From an uncultured Verrucomicrobiae bacterium (GTDB lineage Bacteria; Verrucomicrobiota; Verrucomicrobiia; Limisphaerales; Palsa-1400), in the NCBI GenBank assembly GCA_963702845.1, contig OY969763.1:3616001-3680000 (forward strand): 64,000 nucleotides of DNA, given 5' to 3'. Below, piece by piece: positions 50,159-61,450 of this stretch. Position numbers and translations under genes: made by a program. The notes under the pieces were generated by a model. The model was given only the letters and a program-made list of their open reading frames with translations, was not told where the DNA came from and searched no databases. Position 1 is the stretch's first letter. Every line of letters begins with the position of its first letter.

Positions 50159-51310
50159 TCACACGCCGACCCAGCCGAGGTCTGCCATGGTGCAACGGCC
50201 GGTTCGCCAGCGCCAGAGGTCCACGGCCAGTTGCCGGGCAAGGGCAATGACAGTTTTCTTCTTCATGGCCGTGCCGGCGGCAAGTTTGGTTTTCATTTTA
50301 AGTGCGGCCTTCCACCCCGGTTGCCACATCAGAAAACGCCAGACCGCTTCCACCAGGATCGCTCTGACTCGTCCGTTGCCCATGCGATCGATGCTGCCGA
50401 CGCGCCGTTTGCCTCCTGAACTGTGTTCGCCCGGGCAACATCCGGTGTAGCTGCCAATCTGTTTGCGATTGTGGAAGCGCTGCCAGTCGCACACTTCGCC
50501 TTCCAGTGTCACAAGAGTGATCTCGCCAAGGCCCTTGGGCCGTGGTTGTTCTTTGACCCGCGCAATCAGTTCCTCTTCCAGTTCCTGCCGTTGTGTCTCC
50601 ATGGCGACGAGGACCTCGCGGAGCTTTTCGAGAACACTGAGCAGCCACGGATCGAGGGTGGAAAGTTTTTTCCAGTTGCGCGCTCCCCACCAGCGATGGG
50701 GCAGTTTGACGTGGCTGTATTCGGCGGCTTGGCCGTGACCGCGATTGGCGAGCATGCGAATGGCTTTGTTGAGGAACTGTCTTCGTCGCGTGCCTTCGCG
50801 CTGGCGCTGCTCTTTGTCCGAAGGAATGCGGATGGGTGCAAGTTCGTTGATGTTGCCATCAACCCAGCGAGAGAGGCGCAGGCAAAGAGCGCGCGCGTCC
50901 AGCTTGTCGGTCTTGCGCTGGCCGTTGAGGGCAATCGGCGTGATCAAAAAACTTTGCGCACCGGCGGCGACCAGTTCGCGATGGAGCACGAAGCCGAACC
51001 CACAGCTTTCCTGCACGCAGAAAACTTGCAGGCCTTCGCTGGTCCACTTCTGAACCTGGGCGATGAGTTGCTCACGGCTGAATTTGCGTGGCGCTTGGGG
51101 TGAAGCGTGATCACGTTGGGCTACCGCCATGATGAACTCCAGATGCACGTCCAGGCCAAGCTTGAGAGCCGGTTTGCCGGCAAGCAGCACAGGACGTGGC
51201 AAAGGCTGGCGCGGCGGCACGTTTGCCAGCTTGCCCGCGGCAGGCACGCTGGTTAGGGTTGGGACTGTCATGTGGGGTTTGAGTAAATATGTTTTCATTT
51301 TCAAAAACAT
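50159..51310 (-). CDS. IS110-family transposase (DEDD recombinase)
   Basis: LGLDVH, QESCGFG, KTDKLDA, GCCPGEHSSGG..G.I..GNGRVRAILVEA. Confidence 0.95.
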   Translation of the reverse strand: MFLKMKTYLLKPHMTVPTLTSVPAAGKLANVPPRQPLPRPVLLAGKPALKLGLDVHLEFIMAVAQRDHASPQAPRKFSREQLIAQVQKWTSEGLQVFCVQESCGFGFVLHRELVAAGAQSFLITPIALNGQRKTDKLDARALCLRLSRWVDGNINELAPIRIPSDKEQRQREGTRRRQFLNKAIRMLANRGHGQAAEYSHVKLPHRWWGARNWKKLSTLDPWLLSVLEKLREVLVAMETQRQELEEELIARVKEQPRPKGLGEITLVTLEGEVCDWQRFHNRKQIGSYTGCCPGEHSSGGKRRVGSIDRMGNGRVRAILVEAVWRFLMWQPGWKAALKMKTKLAAGTAMKKKTVIALARQLAVDLWRWRTGRCTMADLGWVGV

Positions 51311-51849
51311 CGTGACCCCGTGTGGGGCTGCGACTCAACCCTTCATGACATCTGACCGCGGGTTGACGCTGCGTTTACAATCCTTTGGTCAGCGGCCCGG
51401 CGGTCGCTGAGCTGAACGTTAAAGCCCCCTCAACCTCCCCTGAATAATCACGCGCGGCTTCGTTGCGACCAGATACCGCAACGCATTCGCCGTATCGTCT
51501 CCGCCGACCCCATCGTCGTCGGCATCGACCCGTTCGAGAGCGCGCAACGCAGAAAAAGCAACTGACTATTTTACACAAAATGAGCCAAGCCACTACACCG
51601 CAACCTCTTCCTCCAAAAACAAAAAATTTCACTTAGACAGCCTTTGTCCAAGTGACCTTGTTAGACTTCTCTTCGAAAAGTATATGACATGAACATAAAT
51701 ACGAACAACGCCACCGCCGCAAGCGACCTGCCCTCAACCGCGTCTGCCGCCGTGCGTCACCATAGTAACGGCGTCGACCAACCTCAGAACTATCAAATTT
51801 CGAATCTCAAATCGCCGAAAAATCAAACTCCGACACCACAAAAACAACC

Positions 51850-52280
51850 GACGAATCCGCGCCAAACTGCACCAAACCGCGGGAAATCTGACCAACAAAA
51901 TAATCGGAGCCAAAGCTGGCGATGTGGAATGTCACCAACTGTCACTAAATGTCACCGATTTTTTAATCCAGCCTTCTGGATTCCGAATCCTTCGCTTCCT
52001 TCGCGTTCTTCGCGCGAAATCCCTTCGGACACCGGCGGACACCTCTGGACTCAATTTAAAAAAGATAGTTTAACGATCGGATGTCCGGCATGTCACCTTC
52101 TGACACCTTCTGTCGGCTTTTGTCGCCTTCTGACATCAAAAAAAGGATTCTTTTTCATTTTCGAGCCATCGGCGGGAGTAGAAAAATTAAACTCCTGCTG
52201 CACAGAACCACGCGCGCTCAATGGAGGAATTAAACTTCTTTAAACTTCTTTAACCCTAAAAAAAGGAATCCTTTATTTTA
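51850..52280 (+). repeat. arrays of short direct repeats phased at 10 bp, most followed by A/T tracts
   Basis: TGTCAC at 51930/40/50; GGAC at 52027/37/47; TGTC/TGAC every 10 bp from 52091 to 52131; TTAA at 52230/40/50. Confidence 0.85.
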
Positions 52281-52473
52281 ACGTGACTTCCACAAATCGA
52301 AACCGACCTCAACTAAACCAATGAATACTGACACAGAGTTTTTGACAACGACCCATCGGCGATTTCAGGCCAAGCCCTATGCCATTTAAATATTTCCACC
52401 ACATCGGAATGCGAAAAAATATATCGGATTGGCCGCAATTTTTGGCTACGTTGCTACGTCTAATCGTTTGACC

Positions 52474-55400
52474 ATGTTCGCGTACTTTAAAATGGCCTTC
52501 GTTTTTTCTGCTGCCTTGCTGCTCACGCTCAAGGTTGCGGCAGAACCGCTTCGCTTCAACCACGACATTCGTCCAATCCTGAGCGACAACTGTTTTCGCT
52601 GCCACGGCCCCGATAAAAATCAGCGCAAAAAAGGTATGCGCCTGGATGTCCGCGAAGATGCTCTTCAACATAAAGCCTTTGTTCCTGGCAAGCCCGAGGA
52701 TAGCAAACTCGTCACCCGCATCTTCTCGACTGATCCCGATGAGCTGATGCCTCCACCCAACTCGAATAAGAAACTCACCGACGAACAAAAGAATATCCTC
52801 AAGCGTTGGGTCACTGAAGGCGGACAATACGAACCGCACTGGGCCTATATTAAACCGGTCAAAGCGCCCTTGCCCACGGTCAAAGACAAGCAGTGGGTTA
52901 AAAATCCAATCGACACTTTTGTCCTGCACGAGTTGGAAGTAAAAAAATGGAAGCCGTCTCCTGAAGCAGACAAACGCACGTTGCTCCGTCGGCTCAGCCT
53001 CGATCTGACCGGATTGCCACCAAGCATCGAAGAGGTGAACGCTTTCCTGCACGACAAGAGCGCGAACGCTTACGAAAAACAAGTCGATCGCCTGCTCGCG
53101 TCGCCGCACTTCGGCGAATGCATGGCCGTTCCCTGGCTCGATGCCGCGCGTTTCACCGACACCGTTGGTTATCACGGTGACCAGAATGAACGCATCTTCC
53201 CCTACCGCGATTACGTCATTAATTCGTTCAACAAAAACAAACCGTTCAACCAATTTGCCATCGAACAGCTCGCCGGTGACCTCTTACCGAAACCGACCGA
53301 CGAACAGATGGTTGCCACCGGCTTTAATCGTTTGAACATGATGACGCGCGAAGGCGGCGCACAAGCGAAAGAATATCTCGCGAAATATGGCGCAGACCGC
53401 GTCCGCACTGTGTCCGGCGCGTTCCTCGGTTCAACGATGGCTTGCTGCGAGTGTCACGATCACAAATATGATCCATTCAAGACGCGCGATTTCTATTCGA
53501 TGAAGGCGTTCTTCGCCGACATCAAGCAATGGGGAGTTTATTCGGATTACGGTTACACTCCTAATCCGGAACTAAAAGGTTTCGGCAACGAACATCCGTT
53601 CCCGCCTGAAATCGAAGTCCCCAGCCCATATCTGCAGGCACGCCTGACCAATTTCCAGAATCGCATCGATACAGCCATTACAGCGTCATCGAAGAAGATG
53701 ACAAAAAAACAAAAGCAGGATTTCGACGCCTGGCGTAACTGGTCTCTCACTTTCATCAAGACCGAAACCAACGGTTGGGTTACGCCCAAACCATCGGTGA
53801 AGTACGCAAAGAAAGAAATGAACACCGAGCCGAACACGAACTTTCTAGTTGAAGCGAATGGCAATATCCAATTCCTCGGCAAACCGGGCGAGACGGATGT
53901 TTCCCTTTCCCTCAGCAATACTGTTTGGCTCTCGGCGATCCGCGTCGAGTTGCTCTCGGATAAGAAACTAAGTCCCACTTCGACGAAGCGCCGCGAAAAA
54001 GACGCCAGCATCTCGTTCACCGCCGACCTTGAGCAAAACGGGCAACCGAAAACGATCGGGTTTCACCATGCCGAAGCCGACCACAAACAGGAACGGTTCT
54101 CAAACGGGGCTTCTACAGTCGGTGTCGAAGACATGTGGAAACCAGATCCCGATCGCACCAACGAACTTCAAACCGCCGTCTGGGTGTTGCAGAACCCGAT
54201 GCACGTATCGCAGGTTTCTCCCGATGCAATCGGGACCGTATCGCAGGTTTCCAAACCTGCCGTATCGCAGGCTTCCAAGCCTGCAGGGACAAATAGCGCA
54301 ACCAACTCCAGTCCCACCCTCCACCTCCACTTCAAAGAAAACGGCATCGCTGCCATCCGCATTTCCGTTTCACCCTTCGCTGCCGCTGCTCCGCTTGAAA
54401 GCGGTGCCCCCGCAACTGTCGTCAAAGCGCTCCACGCCCATTTCGGCGCCGACCGCGTGCGATTGCAAACCACTTACTTCCTAAGTACCGCGTGGGACAC
54501 GAACACTTTGGCTGACGTTCGCAAATTGGAACGCGAAGCTCTCGAATGCCGCAACGGACGCGCGTTCACCATGGTGACAAAAGAAATGGAACCAATGGTC
54601 ACACACATTCTGCCTCGCGGTAATTGGCAGGACGACAGCGCTCCGATTGTGCAACCCGCGATCCCCGAGTTTCTGCCGACCATTGCGAATCCAACCAATC
54701 GACGCCTGACACGGCTGGATTTGGCCAAGTGGATTGTGTCCCGTGAAAATCCCCTCACCTCACGCGCGATCGTTAATCGCATGTGGAAACAATTTTTCGG
54801 GACCGGCATTTCCACGACCGTTGAAGATCTTGGCACACAAGGCGACCCACCGAGCCATCCCGAGTTGCTCGATTGGCTTGCAGTGGAATTCCAGGACAGC
54901 CACTGGGACGTGAAACATATGGTCAAACTCTTAGTCATGTCCTCGACCTATCGTCAGGCCTCCAACCTGCGCTCTCCGATGCGGGAGGAAGACCCGAACA
55001 ATCGCCTGATCTCGGCCCAATCTCCGCGCCGTCTCGACGCCGAATTCGTCCGCGACAACGCATCTGACCATTTCCGGCCTGATTAATTTGCAAATCGGCG
55101 GCCCGAGCGCGTTCCCCTATCAACCCGCCGGCTACTACGCCAACATTCAATTTCCTGATCGCGATTACATCGCCGACAAAGACGAACGCCAATATCGCCG
55201 CGGCATTTACGCACACTGGCAACGCACCTTCCTCCAACCAATGCTGGCCAACTTCGATGCGCCCGCGCGCGAAGAATCCGTCTGCACCCGCAACATCTCG
55301 AACTCTCCGCAACAAGCGCTCACATTGTTAAACGATCCAACGTTCGTTGAATCAGCGCGCGTCTTCGCTCAAGACGTCTTAACCCAAAGGAAAAAAAGCG

Positions 55401-55651
55401 ATGGAGACCGTTTGGAATATGCGTTCGAAAAAGCCCTCGCCCGTCCGGTGAAACAAAAAGAAAAAGATTCATTGCTCGGTTTCCTGAACACACAACGCTT
55501 CGACGTTTCGGAACACAAAGACGATCCGGATAAGTTTCTGCACATCGGATTGGCAACCCCGTCCGGCACACTCGACAAAAACGAGCTCACCGCGTGGACG
55601 GAAGTTTGCCGAGTGATTTTGAACCTGCACGAAACCATCACGCGTTATTGA
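52474..55651 (+). CDS. planctomycete-type cytochrome c / DUF1549 / DUF1553 protein; frameshift near 55065
   Basis: IRPILSDNCFRCHGPD, RRLSLDLTGLPP, CCECHDHKYDP, PSHPELLDWLA, PQQALTLLN. Confidence 0.92.
54205..54284 (+). repeat. REP cluster inserted in-frame inside the DUF1553 gene
   Basis: GTATCGCAGG x3 with two full palindromes; translated as VSQVSPDAIGTVSQVSKPAVSQASKPA. Confidence 0.85.
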
Positions 55652-55652
55652 T

Positions 55653-57109
55653 ATGAATCATTTTGATCCAGACAAATTCGCGCAATCAATCAACCGCCGT
55701 ACTTTTTTGCGGAACGCCGCCTACGGTCTCGGCGGCCTCGCATTGGCTTCCTTACTTGATCCCGCCATCCTGAGCGGCGCACAAGCGGCGATAGTGAAAA
55801 ACGGCAAATGGCACGGCATCGTCAATCCACCGCACTATCCGATTCGCGCGCGCCGAATCATTCATCTCTGCATGGCCGGCGGCGCCTCACATCTCGAAAG
55901 CTTTGACTACAAACCGAAGCTCAAAGAACTCGACGGCAAACCATTTCCTGAATCCTTCACCAAAGGCCAACAACTCGCGCAGTTGCAAGGCGCAACCCTG
56001 AAAGCACGCGGCCCGTTCTGCGAGTTCAAGAAATTTGGCAAATCCGGCCAGGAAATTTCCACACTCTTTCCCGCACATCGGTAGCATCGCGGACAAAATC
56101 TGCATCGTCCGCTCCATGCACACCGAGCAGATCAATCACGATCCCGCGCATGCATTCATGAATAGCGGCTCGATCATCAAAGGCCGTCCCAGCATGGGTT
56201 CATGGTTGCTTTATGGACTCGGCGCTGAGACCGACAACCTGCCCGGCTTCGTGGTTCTGACGTCGCGTGGCAAATCCGGGACTGCAACCCATCTCCGCTC
56301 GCCAATGGTCCAGTGGATTTCTGAAGAGCAAATTCCAGGGCATACTCTTTCAATCCAAAGGCAATCCCGTTCACTACGTCGGCAATCCCGACGGCGTTTG
56401 CCAAAGTACGCAACGTCAGGTCATCGAAGAAATCAATCGCCTCAACGGCATCGCGAACGATGATCATTACGATCCGGAAATTCAAACCCGCATCAGCCAA
56501 TACGAACTGGCGTTCCGGATGCAGACCTCGATTCCAGAGCTGACTGATTTCAAAACCGAGCCGCAAAACATTCTCGACCTGTACGGCATCAAAGAACCCG
56601 GCGACGGCACCTTCGCCTCCAACTGCCTTCTCGCCCGACGTCTTGCCGAACGCGGCGTCCGCTTCATCCAGCTCTACCATCGCGCTTGGGACCATCACAA
56701 CAACATCGAACCCGATTTCCCGGTCGCCGCCAAAGACGTCGACCAGGCCTCTGCGGCACTCGTCAAAGATCTGGATCAACGCGGCCTGCTTGATGACACG
56801 CTGATTTTGTGGGGTGGAGAATTCGGTCGCACTCCAATGGGCCAGGGCACAGGCCGCGACCATCACATCAATGCGTTTTCAGTTTGGATGGCCGGTGGCG
56901 GCGTCAAAGGCGGACTCACGTGGGGCCAGACAGACGAACTCGGTTACAAATACATCGACGACAATCAGAAGATGCACGTGCATGATTTGCACGCCACAAT
57001 GATGCGTCTCTGCGGCATCGATCACAAACGGCTGACCTATCGGTTCCAAGGCCGCGACTTCCGCCTAACCGATGTTTCGGGTGAAGCAGCGACGGGCATC
57101 ATTGCTTGA
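55653..57109 (+). CDS. DUF1501-family protein; two frameshifts (about 56070 and 56280)
   Basis: NRRTFL, GGASHLESFDYKP, CLLARRLAERGVRFIQ, GGEFGRTP, RFQGRDFRLTDV. Confidence 0.9.
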
Positions 57110-58886
57110 TGCGATAAAACCGCAGCGGCATCTTCGACGAGTTCGTGTCGGTGAACTGCACCGTCGCACTCGTGGTGTTAGTCAGCGTGACCCAATGCAC
57201 CATGTCAGTCGAAGCCTCGAGAACATTCGTTTTATTGACCGTTCCCATCGCCAGCACCTGGAAACCGGGTGCGCTCCACTTTGCCGCCTCCATCAAAACA
57301 TCACACTTCGTTTCGCCAGCTCCGACATCAAACCCGGTCCCCTGCGCAATTGGCACGCCATAAAAATCCTGTTTACCAACATTGATGCCGACCAACTTCG
57401 GCAGGTTCAACGCAGCGTCCAGCATCGGCGAATTCGTCTGCAATTTGTAAGCGGCCAACGCGGTCAACAACGTCGCGTCATTCAAAATTGCACCGCCGCC
57501 CGCATTCGCTAGCTTCGGATCCAAATTGAAACCCACGTTCGTTGTGCCGAGCTTCTCTCGGCCGGTCGATGTCTGCCAATTGGAAAATCCAGAATACGAT
57601 TTACCACCGTCCACAATCGCAAACGCGCCACTGCCCGGCCAATAATCATTGCCTTGCAACACAAGCCCACTCTGTCCGCTCGCGATCCACGCCAACTGCG
57701 CGCCACCACTCGTTTGCAAGATATTGTTATGAATGTGCGAATTGACCACGCCCGTTGCCAACAACAACGCCACCGGTGTTGGCGAAGTATCGCCCATGTA
57801 AACGGTGTTGTTGAAGATCGACGCGTCCGTGATTGCGCCGTAGGTGTGAATGCCGCCGTAGCCATTTTTCCGGCCATCGTTTTGGCTGATGTTGTAACGA
57901 ATGACGTTGCCGCTGTTATTGCCGTCGCAGCAGAGCAAGTAACCAGCACCATCGTTATCGTGCGAGTAATTGTATTGGATGATTGAATTCTTTGTATCGA
58001 TGTCGAGGTCCAGGCCGCCGCCGTCGTGCGCGCCCGACGTGTGATTGTGGTGTGACTCGTTGAACTGCAATGTCACGAATTGCGCGTCGTACGTCCAAAT
58101 TCCAACGGGCCCTTCGCCTTGCACGAGATTATTTTTACCATTGTCGTGCGCGACACAATATTCAACGAGCGCGCCGCTAACATCCCCGAGAACGATTCCG
58201 TTGCCCGTATTTCCAGTTGCCGCCGGGTCGCCAAAATTGTTGTAGGCCTGGCAATAGCCGACATACACGTTGGTGTGCGCGTAAGACGCTTGCGCGTAAA
58301 AGGTAATTCCACCCTTCAAATTATCATGGGAGGAGCAGCCTACGATCGTCACGTTGCTGTAACACGTTCCCCCGCTCCATGCGCCAATGGAAATGCCAAA
58401 CCCGCCGAAACCACTCACTTCGACCTGACTGATCGTTACGCCGGGAAGCACGACGTTATTTTTCAAATCAGTGAAAAAGCTGACACCATCTGTCGTGTTC
58501 ACCGTCGAACCGCTGCCGACAAAATTTAAATTCGAGACGCTCAAGCCCGAACAATTGTAGGCATAAAATCCAATGCCGCTTCCGGCGTTAATGGTCGCGC
58601 GGCCTGTCCCGTATGAGGACACAGTGATCGGGTTTGCAACAGTTCCTTTGTCGGAAGCGTCGAAATTTAAACTGCCGCTGAAACTCTGGCCTCCGGCAAA
58701 TAAAATGACGTCACCAGCGGCAAAACTGGTTCCATTCACTTTGGTGAGCGTCTTCCACGGAGCGCTGCTGGACGTGCCTGCGTTCTTATCATTCCCTGTT
58801 GGGGCGACGTAGTAAGTCATCGCCTGTGCAACAGAACAGACGAGTAACAGCAGAATTAATTGGAGCCCTAAAATCCTCGACCTCAT
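57099..58886 (-). CDS. secreted right-handed parallel beta-helix protein
   Basis: signal peptide, YYVAPTGND..G..PWKT, DGGGLDLD, QYNYSHDN; C-terminal FYRI domain. Confidence 0.8.
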   Translation of the reverse strand: MRSRILGLQLILLLLVCSVAQAMTYYVAPTGNDKNAGTSSSAPWKTLTKVNGTSFAAGDVILFAGGQSFSGSLNFDASDKGTVANPITVSSYGTGRATINAGSGIGFYAYNCSGLSVSNLNFVGSGSTVNTTDGVSFFTDLKNNVVLPGVTISQVEVSGFGGFGISIGAWSGGTCYSNVTIVGCSSHDNLKGGITFYAQASYAHTNVYVGYCQAYNNFGDPAATGNTGNGIVLGDVSGALVEYCVAHDNGKNNLVQGEGPVGIWTYDAQFVTLQFNESHHNHTSGAHDGGGLDLDIDTKNSIIQYNYSHDNDGAGYLLCCDGNNSGNVIRYNISQNDGRKNGYGGIHTYGAITDASIFNNTVYMGDTSPTPVALLLATGVVNSHIHNNILQTSGGAQLAWIASGQSGLVLQGNDYWPGSGAFAIVDGGKSYSGFSNWQTSTGREKLGTTNVGFNLDPKLANAGGGAILNDATLLTALAAYKLQTNSPMLDAALNLPKLVGINVGKQDFYGVPIAQGTGFDVGAGETKCDVLMEAAKWSAPGFQVLAMGTVNKTNVLEASTDMVHWVTLTNTTSATVQFTDTNSSKMPLRFYRIKQ

Positions 58887-58924
58887 TGGTCAGAGGATTT
58901 AGCAGGCCAGATGCCATCGGACGC

Positions 58925-61123
58925 TTATTTGGTCAGATAATATTTGTGCGTGTAATCCTGCACCATGCGCCATGTATTGTATTTAGGCACAAGCGTGGCC
59001 ATGGCGCGGCGAATCATTTTGATCCAGCGCCGAGGAATGCCTTGAGCATCACGTTCGTAGAAGCACGGGATGACTTGTTGAGTGAGCGTCTTGTAAAGGT
59101 TCGCGCTATCGCGTTGGTCCTGCTCTTCCACGGACGCGGGATGGCTGTCATCGCCAATCGCAAAACCGTTGGTCCCGTCGTAATCCTTCCCGCCACCAAC
59201 CGTCGAGAATGCTCAAGTTCAAGCAACCATGACAGCCGGCCTTTTGCCCGCTGGTGCCGGACGCTTCGAGCGGCCGGCGCGGGTTGTTCAACCAGACATC
59301 GCAACCGGAAACCATCTGGCGGGCCACATGCACATCGTAGTTTTCGAGGAAAACAAGATTGCCTTTGAGTTCGCTGTATTTGCTCAGGTGAATGATGCGT
59401 TGGATGTAACGCTTGCCTTCATCATCGCGAGGATGGGCTTTGCCGGCGAAAATAAATTGGACGGGCCGTTTGGTATCCTGAATCAGTTTCACCACGTTTT
59501 CGAACTGATCGAAAATCAGCGGCGCACGTTTGTAGGTCGCAAATCGACGCGCGAAACCGATGGTCAACGCATCCGGGTTCAGCAATTGGTCAAATGCAAT
59601 GAAGTCGGACTGCGACAGGCGCTGGCCTTGAATGAGCAGGCGTCGACGAGCAAACTCAATTAATTCGCGGCGAAGCCTGTAGCGCAAGGCCCAGAGTTCT
59701 TCATCAGAAAGGAAGTTGTGATCCTCCATCTTCTTCCAGAAATCCTCTGAATTAACTTCGCGCTCCAACGAAATAGTGCCGTTGGATCGCGAAAAAGCAG
59801 TCGATTCGGCGCGATTACCCGACAGCGATCCCGCTCCCGAAAGTTTGCGCTGCCAGAATTTTCGGACCGGCCCCTTCATCCAGCCCGTCAGATGAATGCC
59901 GTTGGTGATAGAACCGATCGGCACATCTTCCACCTTCCGGTCAGGCCACATGCAATGCCACATCTCGCGACTGACCTGGCCATGCAGTTCACTGACACCA
60001 TTGGCGGCGCGCGAAAATTTCAAACCCAGCACAGTCATGCAAAATGGCTCGTGCTCGTTCTTCGGATCAACGCGGCCAAGGCCCATCAATTCGTCGATGG
60101 ACATGTTGAGTTGCGCGAGAAATTTCGGCATCGCGTAATGCATCAAATCTTTGTTGAAACGGTCATGGCCCGCTTCAACTGGCGTGTGCGTGGTGAAAAT
60201 ACATTGCGCCTTCGTCGCAGCTTTCGCCTGCTCAAGCGACATTCCTTCGTCCAACTTTTCGCGCGCGAGTTCGAGCGTCAGAAACGCGGCATGACCTTCG
60301 TTCATGTGGAACACTGAGGGTTTCACGCCGAGCGCGCGCAACAATCGCACACCGCCGATGCCAAGAACGATTTCCTGCATGATGCGCATCGTGTTATCGC
60401 CGCCATAAACACGACGTGTCAAATCACGATGATGCTGCGAATTCTCAGGACGATTGGTATCGAGCAGATAAATAATGCTGCGGCCCACGTTCACGCGCCA
60501 CGCCTGGAAAAACACATCCGTCATGTCGATCTGAACAATGCCCGACAAGCGGTTGGCCGGTTTTATCCAGCACTGGCACCATCGGCAGGTTCTGCGGGTT
60601 GAGCAGCGTGTAATATTCCATCTGCCAGTTGTCCTGATTGATCTGCTGCTGGAAATAACCCTCACGATAGAAAAGGCTGACGCCGACAAAACCAATATCC
60701 AAATCACTGGCCGATTTCGTGTGGTCACCCGCCAGAATGCCGAGGCCACCGGCGGCAATCGGCAACGTTTCGTGAAAGCCAAATTCGGCGGAAAAATAAG
60801 CGACAGGATTGTTGATGAGTGACGGCGCATGCTGACGCCCCCACGTTTCCTTCGTCGTTCATGTAGCTATCAAAATCCTGCAACACTAAACGGACGCGCC
60901 GCCCAAAATCAGGATCCAACAATCGCGCGCGGAGTTCTTCCCGGGAAACTTCGTGCAGAATCGCCACCGCGTTGTGGTAAAGGTTTTGCCAGCCGCGAGG
61001 CGATAATTCCTGGAAGATTTCCTGAGCACCCTGGTTCCACGTCCACCAGAGGTTGTGGGCCACTCGGTCGAGGGCTGTGATCGTTTCGTCGATTTCTTTC
61101 TGCGATAAAGGCGCAAGGCTCAT
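58925..61123 (-). CDS. glgP: alpha-glucan (glycogen) phosphorylase; several frameshifts
   Basis: NLWWTW, GGLGILAGDH, HMNEGH, GFARRFATYKR, EASGTSGQK, YNTWRMVQDY spread over consecutive ORFs. Confidence 0.92.
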
Positions 61124-61450
61124 AGCTAAGTCGTAACAGTCTACTGTCAATTCGTTTTCATAAGCTAGTCGGGGCTGGGGAGCATCGCAACCGGTTTTAC
61201 CCTGAAGGCGAATACGTGATGATCCTCAACATCGTGCCCATTTGCCAAAAATGTGACGCGCAGGCCACTACAAGAAAGGCTCACTTCGAAATACAGCATC
61301 CCCGCGCTTGTGAGACCCTAGCTGTGACTGGTTATTGGGGCCTGTGGCAATTCGCTGGTCGTGCCGAGCGAAGACTACGCGTTCGCGGCACGCTCACTCC
61401 CACTCGGAAAAAGAAATGGCGTGCACACTTGATTACGATAAAATCGCGAC

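Larger units (their letters stand above)
49697..51353 (-). mobile_element. IS110-family (IS1111-type) insertion sequence
   Basis: imperfect subterminal IRs (ATGAAGGGTTG / ATGAGGTTTG), no target duplication, about 460-bp non-coding 3' end, TTGACA near the right end. Confidence 0.85.
49675..51424 (+). other. integron attC site 2, split by an IS110-family element
   Basis: GCCTAAC..GCTTCAGCG (49675-49696) then IS then GACCGCG..GCGGTCGCTGAGCTGAACGTTAAAG (51354-51424); the rejoined halves form a proper attC hairpin. Confidence 0.8.

Noticed and set aside
55060..61123. DUF1553, DUF1501 and glgP as pseudogenes
   Set aside because: Only single-base shifts with all motifs intact and no sign of wider decay; consistent with long-read errors, but needs read-level confirmation.
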